DNA of 47,160 nucleotides, filler included, from Jimgerdemannia flammicorona (lineage: Eukaryota), in the NCBI GenBank assembly GCA_003990765.1. It is 2 parts of 2 records of this genome, joined end to end, with 100 filler letters (N's around TTAATTAATTAA, not from the genome) between each part and the next. Parts side by side here need not be neighbours in the genome. Positions count along the whole stretch, not along the records: positions 1 to 23,534 come from RBNJ01001096.1; 1 more part is not named here. One strand, 5' to 3'. The position numbers and the translations under genes were made by a program. The notes beneath the pieces were generated by a model, which was not told where the DNA came from, did no database searches, and saw only the letters and a program-made list of their open reading frames with translations. The first letter of the stretch is position 1. Every line of letters starts with the position of its first letter. Shown piece by piece: positions 1-13,094 of this stretch.

Positions 1-634
1 CTAGTCCCCAGCGGCAAGCTGTCAAAATCCAATCGATTCTAGTCCCCAGACCCCCTGCCCAATGAGTATAGACCCTCCTACTCCCCCAGCACTCCCTTCC
101 AGCATCCAATAGCACACTCAGCCTCTCGACTTCCTCCCATGCCACCAGCCCTCCACTCCTGCCCTCAGCACCTCGTCCTCCATCTGATCTATCCATCAGT
201 ATATCCCTAACCATATTGAAATCACCCCCTAGCACATCCACCCTGGCCTCCGCAAGTAATCCACTCTCCTGTAGTCCCTTCACCCAATCAACCCTCTCAC
301 CCCATACTGCAGGGCAGTAGCAAGAACCAACCATAACTGGCTCCCAGCCTACCCAAATCCACTCTCCCCAGATCAGTCTCTCCCCCCAGCACTGCACATT
401 CTGTATCTCCCCTCTGCCTTTCCTAACCAAAATCCCAACCTTGCCCCTCCAAATCGCTGCACCTCCCCATTCCTTCGTCCATTCTAACCTATCAGAGTCA
501 TCTTTGCACCAGACATCCTGCAAGAGGAAGAGATCGGCCTCCAATCCCTTCAACTAAGTAAAAATGTTCCTACATCGAGAAGCGCCCCGTAACCCATTCA
601 TGTTCAAAGAGAAAATGTTTATTGTACTGTTCAT
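1..634 (-). pseudogene. ORF2 APE endonuclease domain of copy A (partial)
   Basis: Manual translation: MNSTINIFSLNMNGLRG...FT*LKGLEADLFLLQDV...CYCP...GGDFN...RIDWIL. TGG>TAG stop at 554-556. Confidence 0.9.
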
Positions 635-667
635 ATTGATGATATATGTGATGTTGTCAATCTGCCT

Positions 668-2711
668 CTACTGCTCCATGCTCATCTCCTCCTGTGCCCT
701 GTCCAAAATATGTTCTGCAGCCACCTCCTCCTCTTCAGCCCTCTGAGCCTCCAATCCAGCCAGCAGTTCATTCATCTCGCCATCAGCCTTCTCCTCAAAC
801 TCCTCTCGGTATTTGATGCATGCTTCCTGCCAGAGCTATAGTCCATGTCACTTGTTCCAGCAGTATTCAGCCCTTTCTCCAGCAACAACCGCCATCTCCT
901 CCTCCCTCTCCTTATCCACCTCATATCCTTTCTCCTCCAGGTACACCGCAAGAATTTCAGCCTTCAATGCCTTCATCACACCATCCCCCTACAGTATTCC
1001 CACCCAATGCTCATCACTCATCACTCGCAAGTCCACTTCCCCCAACTCTTTCGCTGCCAGGTTATTCATCATCTGGCACATCCAAAGCAAGTTCCCCACC
1101 TCTTTCCCCCCTGGAGTCGCCGGCCTCCCTCCATCCAATATTGTGGTGTCAGCTCCAGCACTTGCAGACTCATCCCATACTTCTGGGATATCCACCAGTT
1201 CCTCCTCGCCATCCGCCTCCACCTGTCCCCCATACACCACCTCTGGAACTCCGAATTGCACCCGCTGGGCCCCTTGCATTGGCACATCTTCCACCACCCT
1301 ATTCCGGGAAGCCAGGCCTGCCTGATGAGAGGGGTAGCTGCCTGATGAGAGGGGTAGGGGTAGGGGAACCCACCCAGTCCTCCTCCCACACCTCCAGTGT
1401 ACCATCCGCATACAGGTCCTTCCCCGCCTTCTTCTTGTCCTCCCCTGCCTCCTTCTTGTCCTTCCCCTCCCCCTCGCTGGCCCAGACACTCGCTCCAGCT
1501 CCCCCTGTGCCCTTCACCTTGCTCGCCTCCCCCAGTGGTCCACTATCTAGCTTGGCCAGCAACTCCTTCTGCCTCTTGTGCCCCTGAGCCCTTTCCCACT
1601 GCTCCTTGGTCACTTGAATCCACTTTCCATCCACCACCTCCAAGTGTGTCGCCTCTTCAAAAGACTCCCAAGCCTTCGCTCGCCTCTCCACAGCCCCCCC
1701 AAGCTCTTTGAGTGCTTCCAGTAAATCCTCCTCCTCTTCCTCACTCCCCTTCACCCTTGTCACCTTACACAGGATCGCTCCCCAGACCATCGCTGAAGGC
1801 CAATCCCTTGTCTTCCCAGTGGCTTCCTTCCCAGTCAGCCGAATCCTCACATCCACATCACCAGTTCTGAGTGAGGTCCCTTCCCAGACCCTGAACCTGA
1901 TATCGACCACCTCGCCATATTCCGCCATGAAATCCTCAACCCTCTTCCTTGTCTCCATTGCTGTCACCATCGGCACTCCCTTCACCAGCAGTTGGACCAC
2001 CCTGGGGTCCCACTTCAAGCACCGCGCCATAGGAACACATACCTCCCCAACCACCAATCCAACCTTCAGTGCCTCCTCCAGTGGTGCCGCCTCCTCAAAA
2101 CCCACCTCCACTCCTTCCAGTCCCTTCAAAAACTTCACAGATGCTGCACCTGCCACCTGCTTGGCGATGAGCCCTAGCACCATTTTTGCCATCACTGCCA
2201 GGCCCCGGATGCATAGTGTGACCGCGAATGCCGAAATCAATTTCTTGAGTAACGGAGCCACCACCAGACCCATTATACCATCTGCCAAGTCTCCTTGCCT
2301 TCTAAGCCTCAGCCACTCAGCCTTGCCATCAGCTGTCACTTCTGGATTTTTTTCCAGATCGACAGTCCCCACACCATCAGCAGTCACACCCCCCCCAGCC
2401 ACTACTCCCGCAGCTCCACTGCCCCCCCTTCCAAGGGCCACACCCCCCGGCACCGTTGCCTTCTCGGTCTCCTTGCCCTTCTTCAGCCAGCCCTCCAGCC
2501 CCAATGCCTGCTGTCTCCCCTTCACCATCTCCGCGAAGCTTGCCCTCCCAGATCCTGATCCTCCAACACCTCCTCCACCCCTTCCATGTCCGCCTGCCAG
2601 CAGGCCCCTCATACCACCTCCCAGACCTGGCCCCCTCCCCACCTGCTGCCAGTCGAAAGCGCTAGGGCCACCCTGCCCAGTACGCACCTCAGGTTGTCTG
2701 TCTGTTGCCAT
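668..2711 (-). pseudogene. ORF1 (gag-like) of copy A, frameshifted
   Basis: Gly-rich N-terminus, RRM-like core (VQLLVKGVP...VWEGTSLRTGDVDVRIRL), acidic C-terminal domain shared with copies B, C, D. Broken by a 20-bp duplication at 1318-1357 and by nonsense codons. Confidence 0.85.
1318..1357. repeat. Exact 20-bp tandem duplication (ctgcctgatgagaggggtag x2)
   Basis: Read directly. Removing one unit restores the ORF1 frame PLIRQAGLASRNRVVEDV. Confidence 0.95.
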
Positions 2712-2792
2712 GTTATTAGTCTCTTTTTGCTGAAAACGATGTCGAAAGTGCCTTCCAAAGGTTGTGTAACCTGAATGGTACTGGAAAGAGAT

Positions 2793-5524
2793 GTTGGGGA
2801 GGCTCTCATCTCCTACACCTTCTTCATCAACAGCACCCAACCTCCACCCTGTAGATCAACAGCCCTTCTCAACCACCAAGCTCACAGACAGTGTAGATGC
2901 TTGGGGAAATCAACAAGGCCCAGGCCTCACCTAAGCACTGGCTCGACAAGGGTATCCCAACTGATCTGGGCCCTTCTACCAGCCCAAATCCAATCCCTAG
3001 CCAGTTTCATCAGCCTCTTCACCACCCAAGTGGGAAAGTCTAAGTGATATGCCACATACCACAGCTTGGGGAACCAGTATATATTCAGAATTGCCACCCT
3101 CCCTGCCAGGGAGATGTGACGACCCCCCCAGCCTTTTAGAGCCTCTCCCCAAATGGCCACCCTCCTCTCACACCATATCTGTGGTAGGACTGATCCATAT
3201 ACAGAGAGGAAGATACCGAGGTACTGCACCACCTCTCCTGTGGGGACAATTGTTCCAATGACATCCCCTCCCACTAGCCCATTCCCCAGCACCATTGTCT
3301 CACACTTATACCAGTTGAGCTTTGCTCCAGAGTGTGCCTCATACCACTCCACTGTTTCCTGAAGAGCCTCTACATCTGCTACTGATCCAAGTCCAACTAC
3401 CATATCATCTGCAAAGGCCCCCACCTTCCACTCCACGTCATATACAGAGAGCCCAGTCACCCTCTTATGGATCCTGTCCATCAAAGGTTCTAAGGAGAGT
3501 GCATAAAGGATAGGGGACAGCGGGTCCCCCTGAGGGACTCCTCTTCCCAAGGGGAATGCCAAACCCCTGTGACTATTACACATCAGCGCTGCTCAACTCC
3601 CTTCCAACAAACTCAACATAGAGGCCCGAAACTGTGGCAGAACACCAATTCTGTCCAGTACCTTACCCAACCAAACCCGCCGAACATGGTCATAGGCCTT
3701 CTCTTGATCCAAAAAAACCAGTCTCCCATCTAGTCCACAGGCCTGGGATCCTTTAATAATACCATGCACCCAGGCAGTTCCATCTCTGATAAGTCTACCA
3801 CCTACAAAGCCCCACTGCTCCTCCCCCAGCACCTGTTGAGCAACCTTCTGTAGTCTTGCAACAATCACCTTAGTCACCAACTTCCGATCCATATCCAGCA
3901 GCATGATTGGCCTCCAGTTCTTCCAATCCTCACGCCGGCCCTTATCTTTGTACAATAGGGCAACCAGCCCTAAGTCCTGCTCACCAACCCACATACCATT
4001 CAGAAGAACATAGTCACAGAGAGCTGCCATCTCTCCCAGCATCCCTGGGACATCCACCATCTTCCTCCAGAAGTCCAATGGTAACCCATCCTCTCCTGGC
4101 ACCATCCCAAGCTTAGTCGCTGCCAGGACACCTTGTATCTCCTCCTCCTGGACAGATAAGGTCAAGTCACCCAGCCTCTCTACCTGTGGCAGCTCCCACT
4201 CTTCCAGTGTGTCACCAATCACCTCTGCATCAGCACCCCCTTCTTCCTCACTCCACAGACCCCACCAATTCTCCTTCAATACTCCCAGGATCTGCTGCAT
4301 GCCATGCACCAACTCTCCCTCAGCATCCAAGATCCCATCCCACCTATGCCGCACCTGCCTAGCTTTGAGGAGCCTAGACAAGTACCTAGTAGGCCGCTCC
4401 CCCTCCTCAAGCCCCTGCCATCTAAGCCTGGCTGCCATATCTCGCATATGAGTCTCCTCCTCCTCTCGCAGCACCTGTTGCAGTTCTACAACCTCCAATT
4501 TCACCCTCACTAACCTCCAATCCTCCACCACATCAGATGCAAGCAAATATGCCTACTCCAACTGCAATCTCCTTAGCCTATTGGAGATATACTGTATTTG
4601 CCTCCTCCTCCTTCTCCCTGCCTCCCTACCAGCTCCTCCCCAATAAACCCTCGCAGCCTCCTTCAATCTCATCCAATGGACACCCACAGATAAACCCTCC
4701 TGCCTCCAAAATGGAATCTTTGCCTGTATATCCTCTACCCATGAGTCCCACAACCCCTTCTCGGCCAGCAGGGAGGAGTTAAGATGCCAATGTCCAGGTC
4801 CATCTCCACTCCCCCCAAACCGCCCCTGCCCAATCAGTCTCCAGTGATTAGACCACGGGCACCACACCACCTCCAAAGTCTTCCAGACATCAGCACCCCA
4901 ACATTCAGCCATCAGAATCCAGTCAATCCTTGTCCCTAAGCCATTCACTCAGTGCATGTAGACCCTGGTGTCACCCCACCATGTTTGGCCCATATCCCCT
5001 AAGGAGCTAAGGTTTTCCACCTCCTCCCATGTATCTAGACTGCCACTCCTCCCACCAGCATTTCTTCCTCCATCAGTCCTATCCAACTGCAAATCTCGAA
5101 CCATGTTAAAATCACCACCAAGAACATTGACCCCTTCCTCCAAGAGAACACCCTCCTCCAGTAGTTCCTTAATCCATGCAATCCTCCCTCCCCTAGCCGC
5201 CGGGCAGTAACATGAGCCCACTCTCACTGATTCCCACCCTGGCTGGTACCATCCACCCCAGACCAATCGATCTCCCCAGTTCTTAATCTCCTCCAAATCT
5301 CCTCTACCCTTCTTTAACAGAATTGCCACCTTTCCAAACCAAGCAGTAGCCCCACCCCATTCTCTAGTCCATTCTACCCGATCATCCTCATCCTCACACC
5401 ATACATCCTGCAGTAAAAAGAGATCAGCCTCCAATCCCTTTAGCCAAGTAAAAATGTTCTTATGCTGCCCAGATCCTCGAAGACCATTCACATTGAGAGA
5501 GAAAATGTTAGTTGTACTGTTCAT
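2793..5524 (-). pseudogene. ORF2 (APE endonuclease + reverse transcriptase) of copy B
   Basis: ORF pieces 4949-5524, 4553-4948, 3593-4546 and 2927-3583 are collinear and separated only by stops. Confidence 0.93.
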
Positions 5525-5555
5525 GAGGAATATTGTTAAAGATTAAACCTGTCCT

Positions 5556-7580
5556 CTACAAATCCACACCCAAGTCCTCCTGTGCCAAATCCAAGCCATG
5601 TTCTGCAGCCAGTTCCTCCTTCTCAGCTCCCTGTGCCTCCAATCCCTCCAGAAGTTCAACCATTGCCCCATCCTCTTTCTCCTCAAAGTCCTCCCTATAC
5701 TCCCTACAGGCCTCCTGCCAGAACTGCAAACCATGGCATTCTGCCCAACAGTAGGCCACCCGCTCACCTGCAACAACCACCAGCTCTGCCTTCCTCACCT
5801 CATCCACCTCATAACTCTCTTCCTCCAGTAGTATCGTAAGAATCTCCATCTGCAGCACCTCCACCACTCCCTCATCTTGCAGAGTCTGTGCCCAGTGCTC
5901 CTCTGGCATGACCCTCAGATCCACTTCCCCCAACACCTCAGCTGCAAGGTTATCCATCACCTTGCTCATCCATAGCAGATTCCCAATCTCCTTCCCTCCA
6001 GGGGTCCCTGGCCGCCCTGCATCCAGCATCATAGTATCTGCACCCACACTGGCATCCTCATTCCACTCCTCTTCTGGGACATCCACCAGCTTGTCCTCAC
6101 CAACAGCCACCACCTGGCCCCCTTTCGCCACATCTGGGACCCCAAAGGTAACCCACTGGGCCCCCTTCATCAGTACATCTTCCACTGCCCCTCTCCACCC
6201 CACCGGGCCCCTCCTGATAAGTGGGGGGGGGGTACTATCTGACTCCTCCTCCCAGACCTCGAAAGTACCATCTGCATAGGGATCCCTGCCCAGTACCTTC
6301 GCAGCCCATTCTTCTGTCACCACTGCCTCCTTTCCGCCTTCACTAGCCCATACACTGGCTTTGACGCCTCCAGACACTTCAGCCCCATCAACCTTCCTCT
6401 TCTTCCCTCCTGTCATACTTGCCAAGAGCTCCCTCTGCCTCAAGCGCCCCTGGGCCTGCTCCTACTGCCTCTTGTCAGTGTGGATATGCTTTCCCTCCAC
6501 AATCTCCAAGTGTGTCAACTCCTCATAGAGCTTCCAGGCCTTTGCCTGCCATTCAACCGCACCACTCATCTCTTCCAATGCCTCCAACAAATCCTCCTCC
6601 TCCTTCTCACTCCCCTTCACCCTCAACATCTTACAAATAAAGGCCCCCCACATCATCACTGAGGGCCAGTCACCAGCCTTCCCTGTGGCCTCCCTCTGCC
6701 AGCCAAATCCTGACATCAATATTGCCAGTCCTGATCGTTGTCCCCTCCCACACCTGGAAGCCAATATCCACCACATCTCCATACTCCACCATCACCTTCT
6801 CTACCCTCCTCCTCGTCTCCTCCTTCATCACTGTGGGCACCCCCTTCACCAGCAGCTGCACCACCCTGGGGTCCCACCTCAAACAGCGTACCATGGGGAC
6901 CACCACCTCTCCAACTACCACTCCCACCCTCAGTGCCTCTGCCAGTGGGCCCACCTCCTCAAAGCCCACCTCAACTCCCTCCAGACCCTTCAGGAATTTC
7001 ACTGAAGCTGCCCCAGCCACCTGCTTCGAGATAAGCCCCAAGACCATCCTCGCTGTCACTCCTAAGCCTTGGAAGCATAGAGTCACCACAAACTCCGAGA
7101 TCGACTTCTTGAGTAATGGTGCCACCGCCAGCCCCATAACACCATCGGCCAGGTCCCCCTTCTGCATCGGGAACCCCTACCCCACCCTGCCATCAGCCAT
7201 CACATCTCTTTTTTTTTCCTGATCCCCCATCACACTCCCATCAACATCACACCCCCAGCCACAGCACCACCAGCCCCTATGCTCACTGCTCCCCCCTGAG
7301 GGCCACTCCCCCTCCTGACACTAGCCTTGCCCTTCCCCTCAGCAGTGCCAACCCTTGTTCCAGTAGGCCATCCACCCGCCTTCACCTTGTCAGCAAAGCT
7401 GGAGGGACCAGACCTTCCTCCAGATCCCCCAGACACCAGTCCACCTCCAGCGCTTTCTCCCACCTTTGACCCTCCAAAGGCCCCCATCTCCAGGCCATAC
7501 CCACTCCCCACCTTCTGCCAGCCAAAAGCCCCAGCTCCCCCTGACCCAGCACACTCATCAGAACTCTTGCTCAATGACAT
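5556..7580 (-). pseudogene. ORF1 of copy B
   Basis: Pieces 7230-7580, 6670-7167, 6462-6782 and 5556-6443 align with ORF1 of A, C and D. Confidence 0.88.
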
Positions 7581-7663
7581 CTTAATAGTACCTTTTCTCC
7601 TAGTTGTGTCGAAAACCATTGCTTGAAGTTTTTGTGTAATGCGAATTGTACAGGAGAAAGGTG

Positions 7664-8134
7664 ACCATCAGCAGTCCCATCTAGATTTTTTTCCAGATCA
7701 CCCGTCACACCCCCATCAGCAGTCCCTGCCCCAGCTGCTACCCCCCCAGCTCCACCCCTATGGCCCTCCAGAGAGGTACCCCCAAGAGGTTGCTGCCTGG
7801 TAGCCTTCATAGGTACCTTCTCCCCTCTCAGCCAGCTCTCCAGTCCAGCTCCCTGCTGACCCCCCTTCACCTTCTCCACAAAGCTCACCCTGCCAGACTC
7901 TTGTCCTCCAGCTCCACCCCCTCCTCCACTGCAGCCTCCCACCAGCAGGCCCCTCATACTTCCCCCCAAGCTGGGGCCTCTCCCCACTTGCTGCCATTCA
8001 AATGCTCCAGGGCCACCCTGCCTAGTATGCACCTCCAGATGCTCATTGGTCACCATAATTCTAGTAGCTTTTCTCCAGAAACTGTGTCGAAAGTATTGCC
8101 AAAAGATTGTGTAACCTGAATGTTGCCAGAAGCC
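7664..8134 (-). mobile_element. 5' portion of non-LTR copy A2 (5' UTR + ~130 codons of ORF1), interrupted by copy B
   Basis: ATG 8056 MVTNEHLEV...AFEWQQVGRG...DLEKNLDGTADG matches the ORF1 N-terminus of copy A. Its 5' UTR (cattcaggttacacaa) resembles that of A. Confidence 0.88.
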
Positions 8135-11100
8135 TTTATTCTACAGCTGATGCTTCCACTCAGGTCCACCAGGGAAAGCAAATCCCCTGAGAACCCTTTT
8201 TGGAGAGAATCTCATCTCCCACACCTTTTGCATCAATGGTACCCATCCCTCTCCCCTTAGTTCCACAGTCTGCTTCAACCACCAAACTCTTAGACAGTAC
8301 AGCCTCTTAGGAAAGTCCACTCATCTTAGCTCCCCTCAAACTACTGATATTGAAAGGGTATTCCAACTGATCTGGGACTGCCTCCCAGCCTAAATCTAAT
8401 CCCTAGTCAGCTTCATCAGTCTCTTCACCACCCAAGCTGGAAAGTCCAAGTGATAGGCAATATACCACAGCTTAGGGAATCAGTAGACATTTAGAATTGT
8501 TACTCAGCCTGCCAGAGAGATGTAGCAACCTCCCCAACCTTGAAATGCTTTTCCCCAGATAGCCACCCTCCTCTCCCACTATACCTGCAGCAACACTGAT
8601 CCATATACCAAAAGGAAGATGCTCAGATACCTCACTGTCTCTCTTGCTAGGACAATTGATCTAATGACATCCCCTCCCACTAATCCATTTTCCAACACCA
8701 TTGTCTCACACTTATGCCAGTTCAGTTTTGCTCCAGAGTGTATCTCATACCATTCTACCATCTCCTTAAGAGCCTCAATATCTGCCACTGATCTAAGTCT
8801 AACCACCATGTCATCTGCAAAGGCCCCAACCTTCCACACTATACTATAAATAGTGAGCCCTGCCACCTTCTGCCAAATTCTATCTATTAAAGATTCTAAT
8901 AAAATGGCATATAGAATAGTAGACTGTGGATCTCCCTGAGGAACTCTACTCTACAAGGGAAATGCCATACCCCAGTGACCATTACACATCAGTGCTGCCC
9001 TACTACCCTCTAACAGATTCAACATAGAAGCTCAAAATAGCAGGGGAACTCCTATTTTGTCCAGCATATTGTCCAGCCACACCTGCTGAACATGGTCATA
9101 GGCCTTCTCCTGGTCCAAAAAGACCAGTCTCCCATCCAATCCACTAGCCCTTGCCCCTTCAATAATGCCATAGACCCAGGCCATCCCATCTCTGATAAGT
9201 CTGCCTCTAACAAAGCCCTACTGCTCCTCACCCAACACCTGTTGAGCAACTCTCTATAATCTCGCAATAATCACCTTAGTCACCATCTTCCTGTCCATAT
9301 GCAGAAGTATGATCAGCCTCTAGTTCTTCTAATCCTCCCTCCTCCCCTTATCTTTATACAACAGGGCCACCAGCCCTAGGTCCTGCCCTTCTACTCACTG
9401 ACTCCTCAGAAGAACAAAATCACAGAGAGCTGCCATCTCTCCTAACACTCTAGGGACCCCCACTATCTTCTTCCGAAAGTCTCAAGGTAGACCATCCTCT
9501 CCTGGTACCATACCAAGCTTAGTTGCCATAAGGACTCTCTGGATCTCCTCCTCTTGGACTTGAAGGATCAAATCCCCCAGGCCCTCCACTTGTGGTGGCT
9601 CCCAGTTCTCCAGAGTGTCTCCAATTGTCACTGCATTGGTACCCCCTTTCTCATCACTCTACAGACCCCTCCACTACTCCATCAGCAACCTTGAGATCTG
9701 TTGTATACCATGTACCATTTCCCCCTTGGCATCAAGGACTCCATCTCACTGATGTTGCACCCTTCTCACCAGAGGAGCCTTGACAAGTACCTAGTTGGCC
9801 TCTCCCCCTCCTTAAGTTCCTACTACCTCAACCTAGCTATCATTCCTTTCACTCACATCTCCTCCTCCTCTCTCAATACCTATTGCAACTCCATTACTTC
9901 TAGTCTAGCTCACACTAGTCTCCAATCATCTACCTTATCAGAGTTTATCAAATCAGCCCATTCCATCTGCAATCTAACCAACTATTTAAACCACACCTTA
10001 CTCTATTCCATCTTCAACTCCTAGCATCCCTACCAACTTCTCTCCAGTAAACCCTCACAGCCTCTTTCAACTTCATCTACTAGACTTCCACTTGCAAGCC
10101 CTCATACATCCAGCTTATGATCTTCACCTGAATGTCCTGCACTCAAAGGTCCCACAACATCTTCTCAGCTAGTAGAGAGGAGTTAAGGTGTCAATGACCA
10201 GGTCCATCTCCACTCTCCCCAAACTGCCCCTGCCCTAACAGTCCCCAATAGTCTGACCATGGGCACCACTCCACCTCCAGAGTCCTCCAAACATCCAGGC
10301 TCCAGCATTTGGCTGTCAGTATCCAGTCAATCCTTAGACTGAGGTCATTCACCCAATGCATGTAAATCCTCTTTTCTCCCCACTGTGTTCTGCCCATATT
10401 CCATAAGGAGCTAAGGTTCTCTACCTCCTTCCATGTATTCAGACTGTCACTCCTTCCACCAGCACTCCTCTCTCTATCAGTTATATCTAACTAAAGATTC
10501 TTCATCATATTGATGTCACCTTTCAGAACATCCATCTCATCCTCCAAGAATGTGCCCTCCTCCAGAAGACCCTTAAACCATGTAATCCACTCACTCCTAG
10601 TAGCTCAGCATTAGCAAGAGCAAACTCTCACTGGCTCTCACCCAGGTTAACACTATTTTCTCTATACCAAATGGTCTCCCCAACTTCTGATTCTACCTAA
10701 ATCCTCTTTATCCCTCTATACCAAAATTCTCACTTTACCAATCCAAGCTGTAGCTCCTCTCCATTCTCTAGTCCACTCCACTTGATCTATATCATCCTTA
10801 TAACATACATCCTGTAGCAGAAAGAGATCAGCCACCAATATCTTAAGCCAAGTGAAAATGTACTTCTGCTGCCCAGATCTCTGTAACTCATTTATATTCA
10901 GAGAAAAAATGTTAGTTATACTGTTCATTGGGAATAATTTTTAGAAGTTGGATCTTGCACATTTTCTACAAATCCACATCCCTCCTCTCTTGTGCCATAT
11001 CCAAGTTATATTCAGCAGCCAATCCCTTCTCTTCAGCCTCTTTTGCCTTCAATCCCACCAGAAGTTCAGCCATCTCCCCATCCTTCATTTCTTCAAAGTC

Positions 11101-13059
11101 CTCATAATACTCCAGACAGACCTCCTGCCAGAGTTTAAGACCATGATGCTCTGCCCAACAGAAGGTGGCCTGCTCACCAGCATCAACTACCAGCTTGGCC
11201 TCCCCCTTCTTATCAACCTCATACCCCTCCTCCTCCAGAAGAATTGTAAGCACCTCCACCTTCAGTGCCTCCACTACCCCATCATCATGTAGGATCTGTG
11301 CCCAATGCTCCTTGGTCATCACTCTCAGGTCTACTTCTCCCAACTCTTCAGCTGCAAAGTGGTTCATCATCTGGCACATCCAGAGTAGGTTTCCCACCTT
11401 CTTCCCTCCTGGCATTACTGGCCTCCTGGCATCCAGCATTGTGGTATTGGCCCCTACACTTGCAGGCTCATCCCACCCCTCCTCAGGGATATCCACCAGC
11501 TCATCCTCAAAAACTGCCATCACCTGTCCCCCTTTCACCATATCAGGAACTCCAAAGTGTACTTGCTGGGCACCATACATCAGCACATCCTCTGCTGCCT
11601 TACTCCTCTCAGCTGGACCCCATCTGACAAGAGGGCAAGTGTCATCCAATACTTCTTCCCAGACTTTGAATGTACCATCAGTATAAGGGTCATTGCACAG
11701 CATCTTCCTGGCCCAATCCACGCCCTTCTCTCCATTCTCTCCTCTCTTACTAGTCCAGACACTCACTTTTACACCTCCAGACTCCTCATCTCCATAAGTA
11801 TTCTTCTTTGCCCTTCCTTCTATGCTCACCAACAACTCTCTCTATCTCTTACATCCTTGAGCCCTCTCTCACTGCCTCTTGTCAGTGCAAATATATTTCC
11901 CATCCACAATTTCCAAATGCATAAACTCTATATATATCTTTCAGGCCTTTGCCCTCTGCTCTACTGCCTTGCTCATCTCCTCCAGAACCTCCAATAGATC
12001 CTCCTCCTCCTCCTCACTCTCTTTACCCTTGATACCTTACAGATGAAGGCCCCCCACAACATAACCAAAGACCAGTTGCTTGTCTTCTCTATGGCCTCTC
12101 TCCCTGCCCGTCGTCAACATTACCAGTCCTGAAAGTGGTCCCCTCTCACATCTGGAATCCAATATTGACCACATTATCATACTCTACCATCACCTCCTCC
12201 ACCCTCCTCCTAGTCTCAAACTTCATCACCATAGATACCCCCTTTGCCAGTAACTGAATCACTCTGGGGTCCCACCTCAAACACTGCACCATAGAGACCA
12301 CCACCTCTCCTACTACCACTCTAGTCTTCAAGCTTCCTCCAGTAGACCTGCCTCCTCAAAACGCACCTCAACCCCCTCCAATTTCTTCAGAAACTTCCCT
12401 GAGGCAGCTCCAGCCACTTGCTCCAAGATAATCCCCAGAACTATCCTTGCCATTACTGCCAAGCCCCAGAAGTACAAGATTGCAGCAAACTCCAAGATCA
12501 ACTTCTTGAGTAATAGTACCACTGCCAGCCCCATCACACTATCAGCCAGGTCTCCTTTCCTCTTTGGTCTCATCTGCTTGATTTCACCATTAACAGTCAC
12601 ATCTGGATTTTATTCCAGATTCCCAGTCATGCCACTATCAGCAGTCTCCTACTCCCAGGAGATGCTCCACCAGCTCTTCCACCCACTAGTTGATGAGCTG
12701 CATCTCCTACTTCTCCTTCTCTCTACTTTCCCTTTCCCTCCATCTGCCTGCTATGTAATCCAACAGACTATCTGCTAGTCTTCAGTATATCAGCAAAGCT
12801 CCTTCTTCCACCCTCCTGCTCCTCCCCCAGTGCTGCTACTACTATCTGAACTACCCTGTCTACTTGGACTACTGAAAGACCCCATCTCCAATCCATACCC
12901 TCATCCAACATATTGCCAGTCAAAGGCTCCAGGTCTACCCAACCTAGTACATATGTTGGCATGCTTATTGGTTACCATGATCTTAGTACCTTGCTCCAAT
13001 AAATACTCTGAAAGTGTATTGTAAAAGTGTGTGTAACATGAGTGGTAACTGAGAAAGGC
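8135..13059 (-). mobile_element. L1/Tx1-like non-LTR retrotransposon copy C (older, heavily decayed; interrupted in late ORF2 by A2)
   Basis: ORF1 ATG 12978 to TAG 10966. ORF2 ATG 10928 (MNSITNIFSLN...LLQDV), RIDWIL, WKVGAFADD at ~8830. Many stops and frameshifts. Confidence 0.92.
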
Positions 13060-13094
13060 TTGACTAACGATAACATTAAGAAGACTATGATAGC
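13060..13094 (-). mobile_element. 35-bp sliver of Ty3/gypsy integrase between copies C and D
   Basis: The minus strand reads CYHSLLNVIVS, continuing FCYHGLP from ~19000 into the HGLPxxIVSD integrase motif. Confidence 0.8.
13078..13094 (+). repeat. Left target-site duplication of copy D
   Basis: aagaagactatgatagc versus aggaagaccatgatagc at 18996-19012; 15/17 identical and both differences are transitions. Confidence 0.85.

Larger units (their letters stand above)
1..2792 (-). mobile_element. L1/Tx1-like non-LTR retrotransposon copy A (5' UTR, ORF1, start of ORF2; runs off the left edge)
   Basis: ORF1 ATG 2711 (MATDRQPEV...) to TAG 668-670. ORF2 ATG 634 MNSTINIFSLNMNGLRG with APE motifs LLQDV, GGDFN, RIDWIL. 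The 5' end abuts ORF2 of copy B at ~2793. Confidence 0.93.
2793..7663 (-). mobile_element. L1/Tx1-like non-LTR retrotransposon copy B (interrupted in late ORF2 by copy A)
   Basis: ORF1 ATG 7580 (MSLSKSS) to TAG 5556. ORF2 ATG 5524 with APE, then RT (WRPIMLL, DQEKAYD, GVPQGDPLSP, FADD, YLG), ending at EMRASP near 2795. Confidence 0.95.

Noticed and set aside
2712..2840. 43-aa N-terminal extension of the 513-aa ORF (start 2840)
   Set aside because: It reads through copy B sequence and the 5' UTR of A; the homologous start is ATG 2711.
7581..7663. tRNA-like or hammerhead interpretation of the LINE 5' UTR (TTCGA motif, ~75-nt closed stem)
   Set aside because: There is no consistent anticodon or T arm across copies and no CTGATGA/GAAA core.
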